Assembly (NCBI GenBank): GCA_000320545.1
Contig: ADNK01002953.1
Coordinates: 1-64,000 of the forward strand
Reading direction: 5' to 3'
Length of the DNA: 64,000 nt
Origin: Bigelowiella natans CCMP2755
Lineage: Eukaryota > Protista > Cercozoa
Shown: positions 47,427-61,439 of the stretch, piece after piece
Position numbering within the stretch: the stretch's first letter is position 1
How the letters are laid out: every line of letters starts with the position of its first letter
Notes under the pieces: model-generated
Told to the model about the DNA's origin: nothing
Seen by the model: only the letters and a program-made list of their open reading frames with translations
Databases searched by the model: none
Made by a program: the position numbers and the translations under genes

Positions 47427-50400
47427 ATGGAAGAACGGGCGGCATCCCGAACAGACCAAACGGCTTGCGAGCCTCTTCGACCTTCAGCAGAATCCAACTG
47501 TTCCTTCCAGGAATTTTCTGAGCCCGCATAAACAACTTAACATGCGCATCAAGGCGAAGCAGAGATGGACGTTCAAAGCGCGTCGTATGAAGGACAGGCA
47601 AGTCGAGGTTCCCTTTAAAAGTGGTAAAGGCTAACAACAACTATTTTCAGGCTTGAAATTCATAGGACATCACAGCGAGAAACATCTCAAGCAGTTGATA
47701 TGCTTTTGGATTGTGCCATGAGCAACCTCTTCTCAGTTCGGGTTGTGGCGGTGCTTGGGATTGTTATTCCGAAGCAGTTCTGGAATTTCCTTAAGCAGAT
47801 TTATATTGATAATGAAGCAAACCAAAGTCAAGTAGACAAACTCATCTGCTTGGCGGGTGTACTCCTCGCTATTTGTCACCTTTTCAGCCCGCTCTCCGAG
47901 TGTCGAAAGGTGAGGTGTAGACCGACATATCAAGACTGCGGTTTTGTATTGATAAATTAAATTGTGACCAGATCGTGAAATGCCTCCCATTAAAGCTACA
48001 AAGGCTCGTCAGGACTCACCTTAATGACTGCTGGCTAGTTCTTACACTGTCCCATGCAATCGCAGCAGTCCTTCTGCTTCCGTCCATATATTCCTCTCTA
48101 GCAATAGATGGCAATGATCATCTGGGATTACTATTTGACATGATGCTCACCGCCTCTCTGATCCCAGTAAATATATTTATTCAATATCTTGCTGTAATTG
48201 TATCTGAGATGTCTTTCCTTCCTTCGTCGTCGTCATGACATTACAACCGATAATTAACTGGATGTTTGATTTGTTCTGTAGGTGGTGGTTGAAGCATTTG
48301 AAGTTCATATGAGGAGCTCTTATTTACGTTTTCCTACTCATTCATTAGTAGGAACAGTATGTGCGGTGGCATATATTTCACGTTCGATTTATCGATGCGC
48401 TAGCTTGTACGAAGACGTAGAACTAGATGAAAGCGAGACTTATCCTTCTTGGAAAGGATTTGTACCATTGATTCCGGTTATTTTTCTTGGAATGGTAAGC
48501 ATGACAGAGTTCGGGATCGTTTGGATACAGTCCTCATTACGTGGAAATAGAAAACGTGTAGCCCTTAGAATGTTACGCACGGTCTTTTTCAGTGTTTCAT
48601 TTGCTCTGTGCGTCTTCCAGTGGACTGTAAGGGCTGCTGATTCATTACATTCTGCAACGATTGACGATTTAGCAACATCAGGTGGCACAAATGTGTCGTT
48701 GGAGTCCATGGATGCATTTCCTTTTTCTGACAGAAACACAAATTCATTTTAGCGGTTGTAGTGTGAAAAAGCTCTTTTGTAGCTCAGTAGTGACAATGTA
48801 ACAATTGTGAGCATGGACTACAGTGGCTTCATGCAATCAATCATTTTTGAAGAAGTTCATGATCAAAATTTGTCTGTCAGTTCGCTGTGCACATTGTTGC
48901 TCTGTCTGTTGCCCTGTGATTTGTGTGATCTGCTCTCCAAAAAGTTTCATGCCGTGTGAGCACCTTCATCATGTTCTCTCACACACCACGCGCGATCAAT
49001 GAATTGCCCGCCAGAAATGCCACACACACGCAGCAGTCATTGAGCAGTGATGTCCAACAACGAGTGGGGTGCGTTTTGGACGAGGGGCGGCATCCATCTT
49101 CACAACAGCTGAACTTTGACCCACGTTTCCAACGCCGAGAGCTTTCCTTCGCTCTGCGATGTTGTTGCAACACAATGTTGTGGAAATTGACGCAGCAAGA
49201 CGAGACCGCGGTGCTGGTTCGTGTTTGTTTCACACACGAGCTGCCGTCTCTCTGGTCCGTCCCAGCGTCGTCCATCCACAGCGCTAGAGCACTGAAGCGA
49301 CTGTGACTGTTCACACGACGTGGTTGTCCTCTTGCTGTCTTGCTTTTCCTTGTCATCGTGCAGCTGACCTGCCCTTCGTCTGGGTGGACCATTCGCACCA
49401 GCTAGCCAGCCCGCTCCCAAGCTAGCAAGGACATCGCCAAGTGCTCTCCTGTCCTCAGTCATTGGAACTTCACCACCCTCACCTTCCTTCTCCTCCAGCA
49501 GTGACTTGAGAGCGGAGCGGGCCTCTCATGCTCGTTGAATCATTGCGCAGAGATGTTTGGAAACGAAGAGGACAACATCGACGTGCGAAGGCGGACGCGG
49601 ACCATCATCGTTTCAAACGATGGACACGTCACTCAACAACGCGTTTCCACGATTTCCGTGGGGATGTTGAAACTGTCCGAAGTGTCCAATGTGTGTCTGA
49701 AGATCACTTTGTCTCCCAGATTTTCCCGAAGGTGTCCGAAGGTGGTGTTCGAAGATTGACACACTGCGCACAACACAAGAACGTCCAAAGACAATTGTCC
49801 AAAGACATCCGAGGGTGTCCAACCACACCACCATTTTTTCAAATTTTTCTTGAATGTCAATTTCGTCTTGATTTGAATGTCTTACTTCTGCACAATTGAT
49901 GAACAAATTCAATTTGCAGATGGAAACGCCATGCATTTCGGCCCTTCCACTCACCTCCATTTGAACACTGCATTTTGCACAAATGGCCTGCATTTCAGAA
50001 GCCTTTCACCATCGGGTACCGGTAGTCGGAAGAAAGAAGTAAGTGTGCAACGAATAGTAATAAGCTCCATTTCCGACTTTTTCCGAAAGGTTGTCGAGAG
50101 TAATTGTGGGTTATTTTTACCTTTTTTGTGTCTTGTCCATGTCGTAAGCTGCAAAGAGGAATACAACGGAAACCTTTCCTAGTCAGAGCCCTCGCCACGT
50201 GCGCTACCGGCTTCATTCGAACACACCCCCCGGTACCCATAGATCACACTGAGTTGCAGACCTGCTCCCTCGTTCGAGACTTGCTAATGGCCTTCATCTA
50301 CGAACAAAATGGAGCCTTCCTCCCAAGAGGGATCATGCGTTGGAAACTAGACGCTCCTAATACACGCCGTCATCAGCGCTACCAGGCTCGAAACCGCCGT

Positions 50401-50844
50401 AGTGCACACACCAAAACTCCCAAGCACGCTGGCTGTGTCACCAAAGCTACTTTCTACAGCAACTCTGGGGCTTATCCTCTTTTCTCCTCTTCTAAGGATA
50501 TCTGCTCCGAATGGCGCTCCACGGTCCCTTCACCAGAATCGTCGCTTTCGTCCTCTCCCGTTTCCTCGAGCAAAAACTCCCGAGCGTCCTCCCCAGCGCA
50601 GTCTTCACGACACGTTGCGCACACAGGGAGGCTGGTCCTCCCTGCTCCGTTAGCACCTCTTCCCACCTTGACCCAAACTCAGCCTAAAATTTGCACGCTT
50701 ACAAAGACAAAACGCCGAAGACGTGGGAAACGAGGTGGGCGGAGGCGTGGAGGACGTCGTCGCCATACTCGAGACTGCAGCCCACAACAGATGCCTCAGG
50801 CTCCTCAATGTCGTGATCACAGGAGTCTTCGTGTAAACTATTAG
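47427..50844 (+). CDS. Multi-exon multi-pass membrane protein of unknown function; central part possibly degraded
   Basis: Hydrophobic exons with GT-AG borders at about 47799-47909, 47972-48165 and 48282-48680; further open frames at 48784-48875 and 50260-50844. Joining across 48.9-50.0 kb not resolved. Confidence 0.45.
48821..49882. other. Strongest TpA-depleted block
   Basis: Hand count: 3 TA in about 1060 bp, all CTAG (about 49284, 49402, 49422). Confidence 0.93.
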
Positions 50845-51845
50845 TTCATAAAAAGTTGGCCCCCTATATATATTGGCTCTAAAGAACAGCTTCGCCCCAG
50901 CAATACGGAAAAGAAATCCCCCTTAGGAAGTGAGAGCATCATCCATATTATTCCTAAATTTGAGTCGTCGTATCAAGATATCACGCCGAATTGGAACAAC
51001 CCATCTCATTTCATTCTAGATGTTTCTTTTACACTTAGCACACCAGCTCAGTAATAGTGTTTTAGCCATGTATCCAGCGGTACAGCGCTTCAAGACTTCA
51101 ATTTGTTTAAAGAAATCCTTTATTATCATTCGCTATCGCGCCTGAAAGACTTGGAAGCATAGTCGGAAGCATAGTCCTAAGCCTAGAAACATACAATTTG
51201 CGAAAATAAATCATCAGCTGGCAGACACGGTACCAATATCTTGCTACAGTTGCCATGTTGTACGTCTTGTCCAACTCATCATTGCATCACTTCATCTTCC
51301 GTTGATACGGGTTACAAAAAGAAATACGCAAATATATCTTGGCACTAAAAGCTTGTATGTCGTATGCTTAAATTACTGGTGTTGTTCTGCAGTTAAGTGG
51401 AGCGAGTTGAGAGAGTTATGGACGGGGCAACGCAAACTAAAAATGGAGCGAGGTCCCTCTTGCTCGAGGTGGTGCGTAATAACGCGATGAGCACGGACGC
51501 AGGCAGGCAGAAATGTAGCGTGCATGATGATGGCAACGACGTGAGCATGTGCTTTGCCACGCGATGTGTGCGTTGTGCAACAACGCTAGAACAGTAAGCG
51601 CAAGATGACAATGCAGGCGCACGACTACTAGCTAGACTAGCTCGATGTGCCGGATAAATCAAACTACCGCAACCTGTCTGATGCTACATGATGGAATACA
51701 TTGTGCACTTCACCTATGTTACTATCTATCTAGACATGCTGCTATGCACGGTCAAAGCGGTCAAAGCCATAGTCTAGTAGTCATTGGCTGCAACAAAAGC
51801 AGGCTTCTAAGTATGTACATTCTAGCATTCTTCAAGCTAATTATG

Positions 51846-52126
51846 TCATTCGTCATCATCATCTGCTTCTCCCGCTCCAGTGATGACTCGCAGTGTTTGA
51901 GCAGCCTCTTCGTAGCCCTGGTCAGCCGCTTCTTGAAACCAAAACTTGGCCTTTTCTACGTCCTTTGCTACACCGAGCCCTTCGTAATAGCAAGCTGCGA
52001 TATTATTCTGGGCATCGGCGTTGCCTACGGATCGGTAAGGAAGGGCGTTTGATATGATATAAGCAAACAACAGGGATAAAACAATGGACACACAGACAGA
52101 CAGAGTTCCTCTCTTTACCTCAACGC

Positions 52127-52167
<41 letters not shown>

Positions 52168-53130
52168 TATATGTGTGTGTGTGTGTGTGTGTGTATGTGT
52201 GCGTGGTATACGTCGCGTGTACGTCGCGTGTTCGTCAGGTGTTCGTCAAGTGTTGCAGGAAATACAAGCATATATGCAGGGCAGAGCTAATCTCACGACG
52301 ACTAGAACGTCATTCTACCGAGCCCAGCGGCCTTTTCCCACCAGCCCGCGGCCTGCTTCTGGTCTCTTTCATCAACACCAGCACCCTCGTCGTAGCATAT
52401 CCCAAGGTTATTCATAGCTGTCACATCGCCCAGTTCAGCGCCCTTCTGGTAGCACGTGGCGGCTGCTTTTGAGTCCTGGGGTGTCCCCCTTCCCTCAAAG
52501 TAGCAATCTCCAACAAGTGCATGGGCTGCTGGTAGGCCGAGCTCGGCCGCCTTTACACAGAGCTTGAAGGCCCGCTCCTCGTCCTGCGATGTGCCTATGC
52601 CACCGTAGTAACAGTCGGCCAGGGAAAGCATAGCTTCGGCGTTACCGCCATCAACCGCGCGCTTGTACCACTTGAAGGCCTTCTTCGGGTTAGGCTTGCT
52701 ATCCTCCACGCCTACACCCTCCAGATAGCAGTCGCCTAATCGCGCCTGTGCGAGAGCGAATCCTTGCTTGGCGGCCTTACGGTAGAACTTAACTGCTTTA
52801 CGGTGGTCGGGAGGGACAACGATCTTCTCTCCTTCTTGCTGCTTCTTCTTGGAATTCGCTATTAACTGGAAGCTGTGGTAGCTGTAACCCTGGAAGTGCA
52901 AGTCCCCAATTCGCATCTGTGCCTCAGGGGAGTAAGAAGGGCTGCTAGCTGCCTGTTTGTAACAGTATAACGCCTTCTCTGCGTTTCGAGCACATCCGAT
53001 CCCTTGGAAAAAGCAATCTCCTAGCGCAATCTAGAGCCAGGGGGAGGAGGGGTAATGAGATGGGGTGGTGGGTGTACAGAGGCACAAGATGAAGAAAACC
53101 AAAACTAAAGAGGAGGGAGAGACAAGATAC

Positions 53131-53187
<57 letters not shown>

Positions 53188-53604
53188 GCACACACACACA
53201 AATATTTTATTAACACAATACACAAAACATCTTATGTATTTCTCTTTTAAGACCTGCGCCTCGATATGCTTTCTTTCCGAGGCGGCGGTGTACCACTCTA
53301 CCGCTAGCTTAGCGTCAGCGTCTACACCTTGCCCCAACAGGTAGCAGTCCCCAATTAGCTTCATACGCGTCGTGTCACCATTTTTCGCCAGCAGCAAGAA
53401 GTATTTGGCTGCCTCTTTGCGCCTGATACTTTGCTGCTCCTTGTTTTCTTCGTCGTCCGCCTCAGCGGCGCTGCCACCTTTCCACAGGTATTCTGCAAGT
53501 TCGCTCATCGCTGCATTGTAGCCCATGTCCGCAGCCCGGCGAAGGCTGAGAGTTTGAATATATTGCTCGTGTGTGTGCGTGCCTGCGTTTGTGGATAGCT
53601 ATTC

Positions 53605-53645
<41 letters not shown>

Positions 53646-53935
53646 TCTATTTGTTTCAATGCGTCTTTGTGAGCGATGCGACATCTGCGGTAAGCTGTGT
53701 ATGGACATACAATGCAATCCCCTTTTCCTCGTTAACAGGTACGGAAGGAGGGGCTCCCACAAGGTGGAGGTGCCCTAGAGCATGGACGGCCTGAGGATCA
53801 TCCTTCTCGGCAGCCTTTTCGTACAGAGCAAGCGCTCGGGCTGTATCCTTCTCCACTCCCTCACCACGGCAATAGAGCCTTGTGTCATGAATGAAAGTGT
53901 CTTAGTACGATGAGAATCAGAAAAAAAAAGACGAA

Positions 53936-53966
<31 letters not shown>

Positions 53967-55947
53967 GATAAAAGAGAAAAGAAGAAACACGAGATTGACA
54001 AAGAGGTAGATTTCGCTGTAAGGCCGATCCAGCCTCTCCTTGCTTCCCCCCTGAACTTCGCCTACTATTAGCACACTGTTACCCCGCCAAGAAGCTCTGC
54101 GCCGTTGTAAAATTGAGAAGTACAGCCCTCTGCAATAACTCGACTGCTTTCTTCTTATCCATGGCCACTCCATGCCCTAGCAGCAAGCATCGAGAGTAGT
54201 TGTATAACCCAGCGGCGCGAGCTGGTTCCTCTCCTTCTTCTTCCTTTTCTTCTTCTCCCTTCTCCTCCTTCTCCCCCTCCTTCTCTTTCCCCTCGCTTTC
54301 TTTCGTTGCTTCTCCTGCTTTGTTCTCCCCTGCTACGTCAGAAGCATCAGCTCTCTTCTCTCTTCTTCTTCCTCCGTCTCCTATCTCCGCCGCTCGTTTA
54401 TAGTGCTTTGCTGCCTCCTCATAGTCGACCTCTACGTCCTGCCCCCCGTGATAGTAGCAGTCGCCGAGCCCGTTGAGAGCTCTCGCGGTTGCAGCAATAG
54501 AGGGGGGCGACGACGATGAGGAGGGGGAGGAGGAAGTCGAGAAATAGGATGAGACACTCTTTCTCATGGCCTCAAGCGGTTGGGTGGTGCGAATGTGCGG
54601 CTCAGTCTTGTACGCGCGCTTTCTGCGACTCTCTTCCAGGTCAACGTAACGTTTCCGGAGAGTGCGGAGACGACTCAGCTCACGCGTCAGTAGTTCCTTC
54701 TCATCGCCAGACTCGTCACTATCGTTCTCGCTGAGGTCGTCGATTCGAGCTTGTGCCTCCGCCTTCATCGCCGAGCGTTTCAGGCGAGCCCTACATGGTT
54801 TCGAGGATCACGCAACATCAGGGATGAGATTCCATTCCACACGACAAAGGACGGAGTCTATCCTGCCTCCAATGCGAAGGTTCGTATGTTTCTAGTATCT
54901 CTTCTTCTTGCTGTTGTTTGCACACTGTTGTTGTCACGATCGATTCGAAATCACACACGCAATCCTGTTTACACGCCATTCTCATCATCATCCGACACCA
55001 CCACCACCACCACCAACACATTAAAATGATGTCGATGAACATCACCTCTTCTTATCTTCAAGAGCGGCACGCTCATCCTGCAGGCTCTTCATCTCATCTT
55101 CTAGTTTTCTGGCCTTCTCTTCCACACGCTGCTTTTCTTCGTCGAGGCCAGCTCTGGTATCTTCGGCGAACTTCCGCTCCATAGCTGCCGTTTCCCTGCA
55201 CTGCTCAGCAAACCGGCGCTTTTGAGAGGCGAGGTGCGCCTTTTCCTCATCCAGCCTTTTCCAGGCCACACAAATGTCGATTCTCCGAGCAATCTCAAAG
55301 AAGCAGGAGGGGGGGTGCTGCTTCTCCTCCGTCTGGGTCTGGCGTGTAGCCTTCTCCGACCCAGCACCAACATTCTCGTTTTGCTTTCCCTTCTTTCCCT
55401 CTAGTGATGCGCCCCCCTTCAGTCTCTCCTGCTGCTCCTCGGATTGATCTTTTGTCTTTTCTGCCGCGGCGGTTCCATTATTGGCCCCTTGCGTGTCTTC
55501 GGCTGTAGCTGCGGCCTGTTTGTTGAGGCGGTCCCTTTCCTCCTTCGCCTTTGCCAAAAGCTTCTTATACCTCATGGTCCAGGTCTAGTTAGTCGATTAG
55601 TTGTTGGGGGAGGGGTGGAGGAAGGGAAGGTGAGGGGCAGCGATGATGCTGATACTACGTGACCACAGGCGAAAGGGAAGTGAATTTCTAGGAGAGCTGC
55701 TCGTAGATGAAGATGATGTGGATGTTTTCCCGTGAGTCCCGTCCTCCCCTCCAACCTCCTACTCTTGATTTTGATCATTAGTTACCTGCGTGGTCTTCTT
55801 GGCCTCTTTTCTCTCCTTCAGGATGAGGCTCTTCAACTTGCCAATGTTGCCCTGGCTCTGGGGGGGGAAACGGAACATTGCAGGCATTAGGCTACGAGTA
55901 GAGAATGAGAAAGTGAGACTGAGACTCGGCGGAGGAGGAGAAAGGAG

Positions 55948-55994
<47 letters not shown>

Positions 55995-58900
55995 GAATTA
56001 AAAGTGGGGGGGAAATTATGTCTATAAGTAGGTTGGTTTGCTACGCAAGGTGCTTTGCGAGTAATACGAAGTTTACAACCACCTATTACTGTGTTACCTG
56101 CTTCAGCCTCGCCTCTAGTATGGCTACGACTCTCTTCTGCTTTTTCTGCTCGTTGGTGTACCCACTCTCCTTCCCCTTCTTGCTCTCATCAGTGGGACGG
56201 CTACCAGCAGCACTATTGCTCTTTGCACCCTTCCCTTTCGCGGCAGCAGCAGCAGTAGCAGCGCCAACAGGCACTGTGGTCGGGGTTGTTGATGGCGACG
56301 ATGATGACTGTGCTGGATTTTTTTTGGCCAGCTCTTCCGAGGCGGTCTTCAGCTTCGCACGAAGTTGCGCGTTTTTCTTCTCCAGCTGCTCCCATTGCGT
56401 GGGCGCTCCGTTCTTTCGAGCTGATCCACCACACAGACAGACCCACCCAACGAGGAATGAACATCAACACTGAAACTTGCTGCGAAACCTCGCTATATCA
56501 GTCAATGCTATTACCAATATGTAAATATGTGTACGTATAAACTGTTTTGATGTGGTATGTCTGTGTGGAGCACAAACATATATTTACCTTTAAATGCGGC
56601 GAGTACCCTCTTCAGCTTCTGAACTGCGCCTCGAAGCCGTGCGTTCTCCTTCTGCAGCCGAAAACAACACCGACGGCAGCACGCACGACACCAATGAGCA
56701 TACTGTACACACTCAAACTCACACTCACACCACTCATTCAAGAGCTATTATTTTAGCTGCAGCTGCCAACATCTGAAAGCCAAAAGGATCGTGATCGGCT
56801 GATGACTTCTATGTGCTATTTATCAAATGGCTGTACACAGCGACAGACGTAGATAGTGTTGATTCAGCAATGATGTCGCGACCTTCAAGTCAGAGGCGCC
56901 AGCAGCAGGAGGACCACCACTTTTTTCATTCGATATCGTTCTCGTTTTCTTGTCTGTTGTTGATGTCGTCTTCGGCGTAGAATCGACCTCGCCCCCCTTC
57001 TTCTTTTGCTGCGGCGGCTGCTTTGTGCCGCCATTTGTTTTCTTCTCCTCTCCACCCGCCCCCTTGCGCTTCCCCCCTGCCGAGGCAGGCGAATTTTTCA
57101 CAGCTTTCTTCCCAGAACTTCCGCCCTTATTGTTTTTCGTGCTTTTGGTAGTGTGAGACTGCTTCTTCGAGCTACCACCTGTTTTGTTACGCTTGGTGGT
57201 GGTGGTGGTGGTGGTGGTGGTGGTGGAAGGTTTGGCTTTTGTCGCTTTTGTCGTCGTCGTCGTCTCAACTGCCTCGCCCTTCTTTTTCTGTGCTTTCCCT
57301 TTCCTAGGTCGGGGAATGGCCGACGATTTTGGTTTGGATGACTTGCTTTGCTTGATAATCTTGATGACGTCTTGTTTCTGCGTGCGCGGGGGAGGTAGGG
57401 GGGGGGAGGGAGGAAGCAGAGTTCTTAAAGGCACTGGGGATGCTGAATTGGAAGATTCAAAAACTGTAGTGTAGGCTGTTTCCTAGGAGAGCAGTAGAGC
57501 AGAGCGCACCGTTGTTTTTCGCACATTAGAAAATCTTATGAATTGCTATATTTCCCTCCTAAACTCTCTTTCTCTCTTTCTCTCGCTGTACTTGCTTCTT
57601 GAGACTTTCAACTTGTAACTGGAGCTTTTGGTTGGCTTCTTGTAGGCTTTCTGCCCTCTCCCCCTTCTGCATATACGAATTTAGTTAAGCGTACCGAGTT
57701 TAGCTACCGCCTGCTGTTCAGCATCTTTTAGCCATGTCATATACGCAACGAGCGGACAGGGTGAGAACGAGAGAGAGACGGACGGAGGGAGGGAGGGAGA
57801 GAGAGAGAGAGAGAGAGAGAGAAAAGACGGGTAGACATCAAGAATACAGCTTTTGGACGCTATTCCTTATACACTTATCCAATCACTATTACCGCTAGAA
57901 GGGTCTCTTGTAACCCTGCTATCTTCGCTTCCTAGGGAAAGAATAGAATCGTTGCGAAGGAAAAGACAAGTGGAAAGGGAGACGGGTACCTTCTCCTCAA
58001 GCACGGATTCCCTCGTCACGAGAGTCTCGTTCAATTTGCTGATTTTCTCCTGGAGCTTCGTGCGCTCTTTGGCCAGCTTTGGAAGACGGAAGGAGGAGGG
58101 GCGATATCCGGCCAGGAATCGAAGCAAAGCAAAACATGTTATAAGGCTGAGTAATAGCAGTGATAGTGTGCATCATTGCGTACCTTGTCCAGCTTCATTT
58201 CATCGTCAAGATTGAAACCGGCGGTATCCCTGAGCCGGAGGTTCTCCCTCTCCTAAGAAAGAGTCAGCAGCAGTGGTAAAGAGATGACACAGGGGCAATT
58301 TCTGCCTCATCCCTCTTTCTCTCCTAAGGGGAAACACCGTCCTGTTTTCAAAGCTTTTATTTTGGGTAATACCGTCACTTCCAGGCGCGTCTGCAGCGAA
58401 TGCAGCTCCCTCTTGAGTCGCTTTGACTGTCGTTAGAAGTTGTAGAATATTGTTATAGGTGCAAATTCTGGGGGTGGTAACCAGTGCTGCTGAGCTACTG
58501 CGGATATGGCTGCACGAGTGGTTGTTTGGGACATGTACACACCGACACATACACGCGCGCGCGCGCGCGCACACACATACACACACACGCACACACGCAC
58601 ACACGTACGCACACTTCCGCACGTAAGCCTTCGTCATGTAAGTTCCTAATCTCAAAGAAAATCAGCAAGGATATGTTCGACCTGCGCGTGCAGCTCTGAC
58701 TGTGTGCGCTTGGACAGCTAACCGTGGCAAATAGACAGGCTCAGTGTCGTCATTGGTGCTTACTAGCAATGTAGGAGAGCGTCTTAACATCTCAAGTTCT
58801 ATCGTCTCTACGCACCCGTAAGGTAACAGCGGAAGTCTTCTTCACACGGCCGATCTCATAGATAAGACGACGATTCTCCTTCTCCACCTGCTCTCGAACA

Positions 58901-60586
58901 CGCACAAATGGGCATAAGAACCGCTCTCACACATCTCGAAAGCACATGCGTAGAAGATCACACGGAAAGCAACCAAAGTATTGGATTGAAAGTGTGTAGG
59001 TATATTACATTGTCGTTAATTTTGATAGTATCACGGAGCCTGGATAACTCTTCACCAAGGCGTATATTCTCTAAGACGAGCTCATTGCGTTTGTCTTCGT
59101 TCTGACCACATGTTTACATGTATTATAAGAATGGTTGTTCCAACGCTACTATTGTTGCTTATGTATATTCAGGCTTGCTAACCGAGGCTGCTGCTCTTTT
59201 CATCTCGAGAGACTGCCGGTATTGCTCGAGCTCTTCCTCCAGCACAGCTTTCCTCTCTCGAAACTCCTGAGAGATGAGATGACAACATGAGTGGGGCTGA
59301 AAACGATGGGACGCATCGTCGACGACGAGCCTGGATATATACACACGTCTGCGCTTGGAAAAAGCATGTAGCCACTTCGATTCATTGAGAAGAAGAGATC
59401 AATAGTAACTGTACAAGCAACAGCATAGAGGACAACCAACAGCATTACGAATGCACCTTGTCCAATTTTTTGAGGAATTCCTCGGCCCGTGCGAAGTACA
59501 TCTGACCAAAAGTAGAAAGTGCAAAGAATAAAGGTCAAAACCAATCCCATAGGGAGAGACTTTCCGCGTTTGCGGGTGTCTTTGCGATGTGCAGCCGACG
59601 TTATACCTCGTCCTTGACAGAGCTTGTCCTGGCGTAAGAGTAGGCTCTTCTGAGCACCGCAATATTACTTGTTGGTGATGACGATGGCTGTGAAAGTCCC
59701 ATTTCGCCATGATTGACACCGCTAATAGTACTACTGTGGCTAGTACTATCATCTCTGTGGTATATCATTGACTTGCTGCTCTGATCAGCGGAGGACATGT
59801 CGTTGGTTTTCACTGCGGAGTGAACGGTATTTTCGACCGTGGGAGCTGTAGCTTGATGGGAAGTAGCAGCCACAGCGCCATCACCCGCATTTTTATTTCC
59901 GTCGCTACGGTTGTCGTCGCTGCCTCCGCCAATATTCAGTGAAAGCCGAGACATCTGATTGTATTGCGTTGGATGAATGGGGAAGGGGTGTCTCAATGAT
60001 CGATCGATGGAGATGAGGAGTACATTCGATGCTCGTGTAGAGGGCCTTGAGTTGTTGACGTGCGACTGAGGAGAATATCCCGGTGTAGTCGATAGCGGGG
60101 CCAGCTTGCCTTCCCAGGTTGCATGCTGCTGCGATGATGACGGTTTGTCAGCATCTCTTCCTCCCCCCACCCGCGTTTCCACCCGCGTTGGACTGGAGGG
60201 CGTATGATCCAGATGTGGCAACATTCCTTAATCTGTTCCCCCGCTAAACTTCTTCTCTCCCTGATTCATTGGCACGAAAGATAAGTAAAGAACTGAGGAA
60301 TTACCCCTTACAGCGATAGGTAATATAGGGTAACATGCCATTGATGCTTCGTTCGGTGCCTATCGCGACGAAATTCGGTGGATTTTCCTCCCACTCGCCT
60401 TTGTACAATGGTTAGCGGAAAATAGGTAAGCAGCATTGCACCTTTTGTGAAGACTGACGCCCAGCAACGAAGGGGGGACTTGGCCCCATCCCCGATCCTA
60501 CTAAAGCGTCGGTTACCGAAAACGACAGCGGAACGAAAAGGACAGGGGTTACTTGGTTTCGTCGACTCTGCATCCATCTGCGACAT
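51846..60586 (-). CDS. Large coiled-coil protein with C-terminal Sel1-like repeats (may be two genes)
   Basis: Sel1 motifs ALNGLGDCYYHGG..DYEEAAKHYKRAAEIGD, AQARLGDCYLEGVGV..PKKAFKWYKRAVDGGNAEAM, AMNNLGICYDEGAGV, AQNNIAACYYEGLGVAKDVEKAKFWFQEAADQG (51846-54500). Coiled-coil and K/T-rich exons run 54600-59500 in consistent orientation. Start codon uncertain. Confidence 0.8.
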
Positions 60587-60959
60587 GGAGTTCACCTTGT
60601 CGCACGCGCCTAAAATTCCGGTTCAGTCCGGATCCCAAACGACGACATTTTTGTGTCAACATTCCTAGGATGTTCCCCGCTGTATTGATACGCGAACACT
60701 AGCCCTTTCTCTTTCCTGCTTTGTTTCCGCATAAATCGGACGGGATCGTTGTCGCAGGCAGTAAATCCCATCGGTTTTCCCTCCGTTGTCCGACGAAGCT
60801 CGAAACGGAACGAGGAGAGTTTCCACCCCCAACCCGGTCGAGGAAGGAGGAGAGTTATACAGACCTGGCGAAAGAACTCGACAGTATCGTGTGACTTTAT
60901 CCGTGCTTGCATTCTAGCAATCAGTTATGAGCCACCACCGGAGACATCATGGTATTCCT

Positions 60960-61369
60960 ATGGGCTTAGGGGGGGGGCAGAAGTAGTCCCTCTTGTTAAT
61001 CATCTAAATCGAACGGATGGCCTCAAGAGAGTTCTCGTTTCTTGTGGTCTTATTTTTGTGGATCGAAGAGATTCTGATTGTCTCCCTAAACATACAAATC
61101 CAAAGGAGGTCGCCACCATGGGAAGCAGACGTTGGAACAAAAGAAAACTGAAGTAAATCTCGGCAGGAAGGTGTGCAGCAGAAGGCTTGGAGTGCCAAAA
61201 TTGGAACCCTTTGGGCGTCATCATATTTCGAGATAGTTTTGATAGCGACCGATGGAGGCCAAACTAATACTGTCCCTCCTTTGTGTTGACCCTCCCTTGC
61301 ATCTCTTGATTCTGACAGGCTTTTTCTATTGCGGAGCTCACGAAAGTCTACAGAGAAACTCAGTCAGGG

Positions 61370-61439
<70 letters not shown>

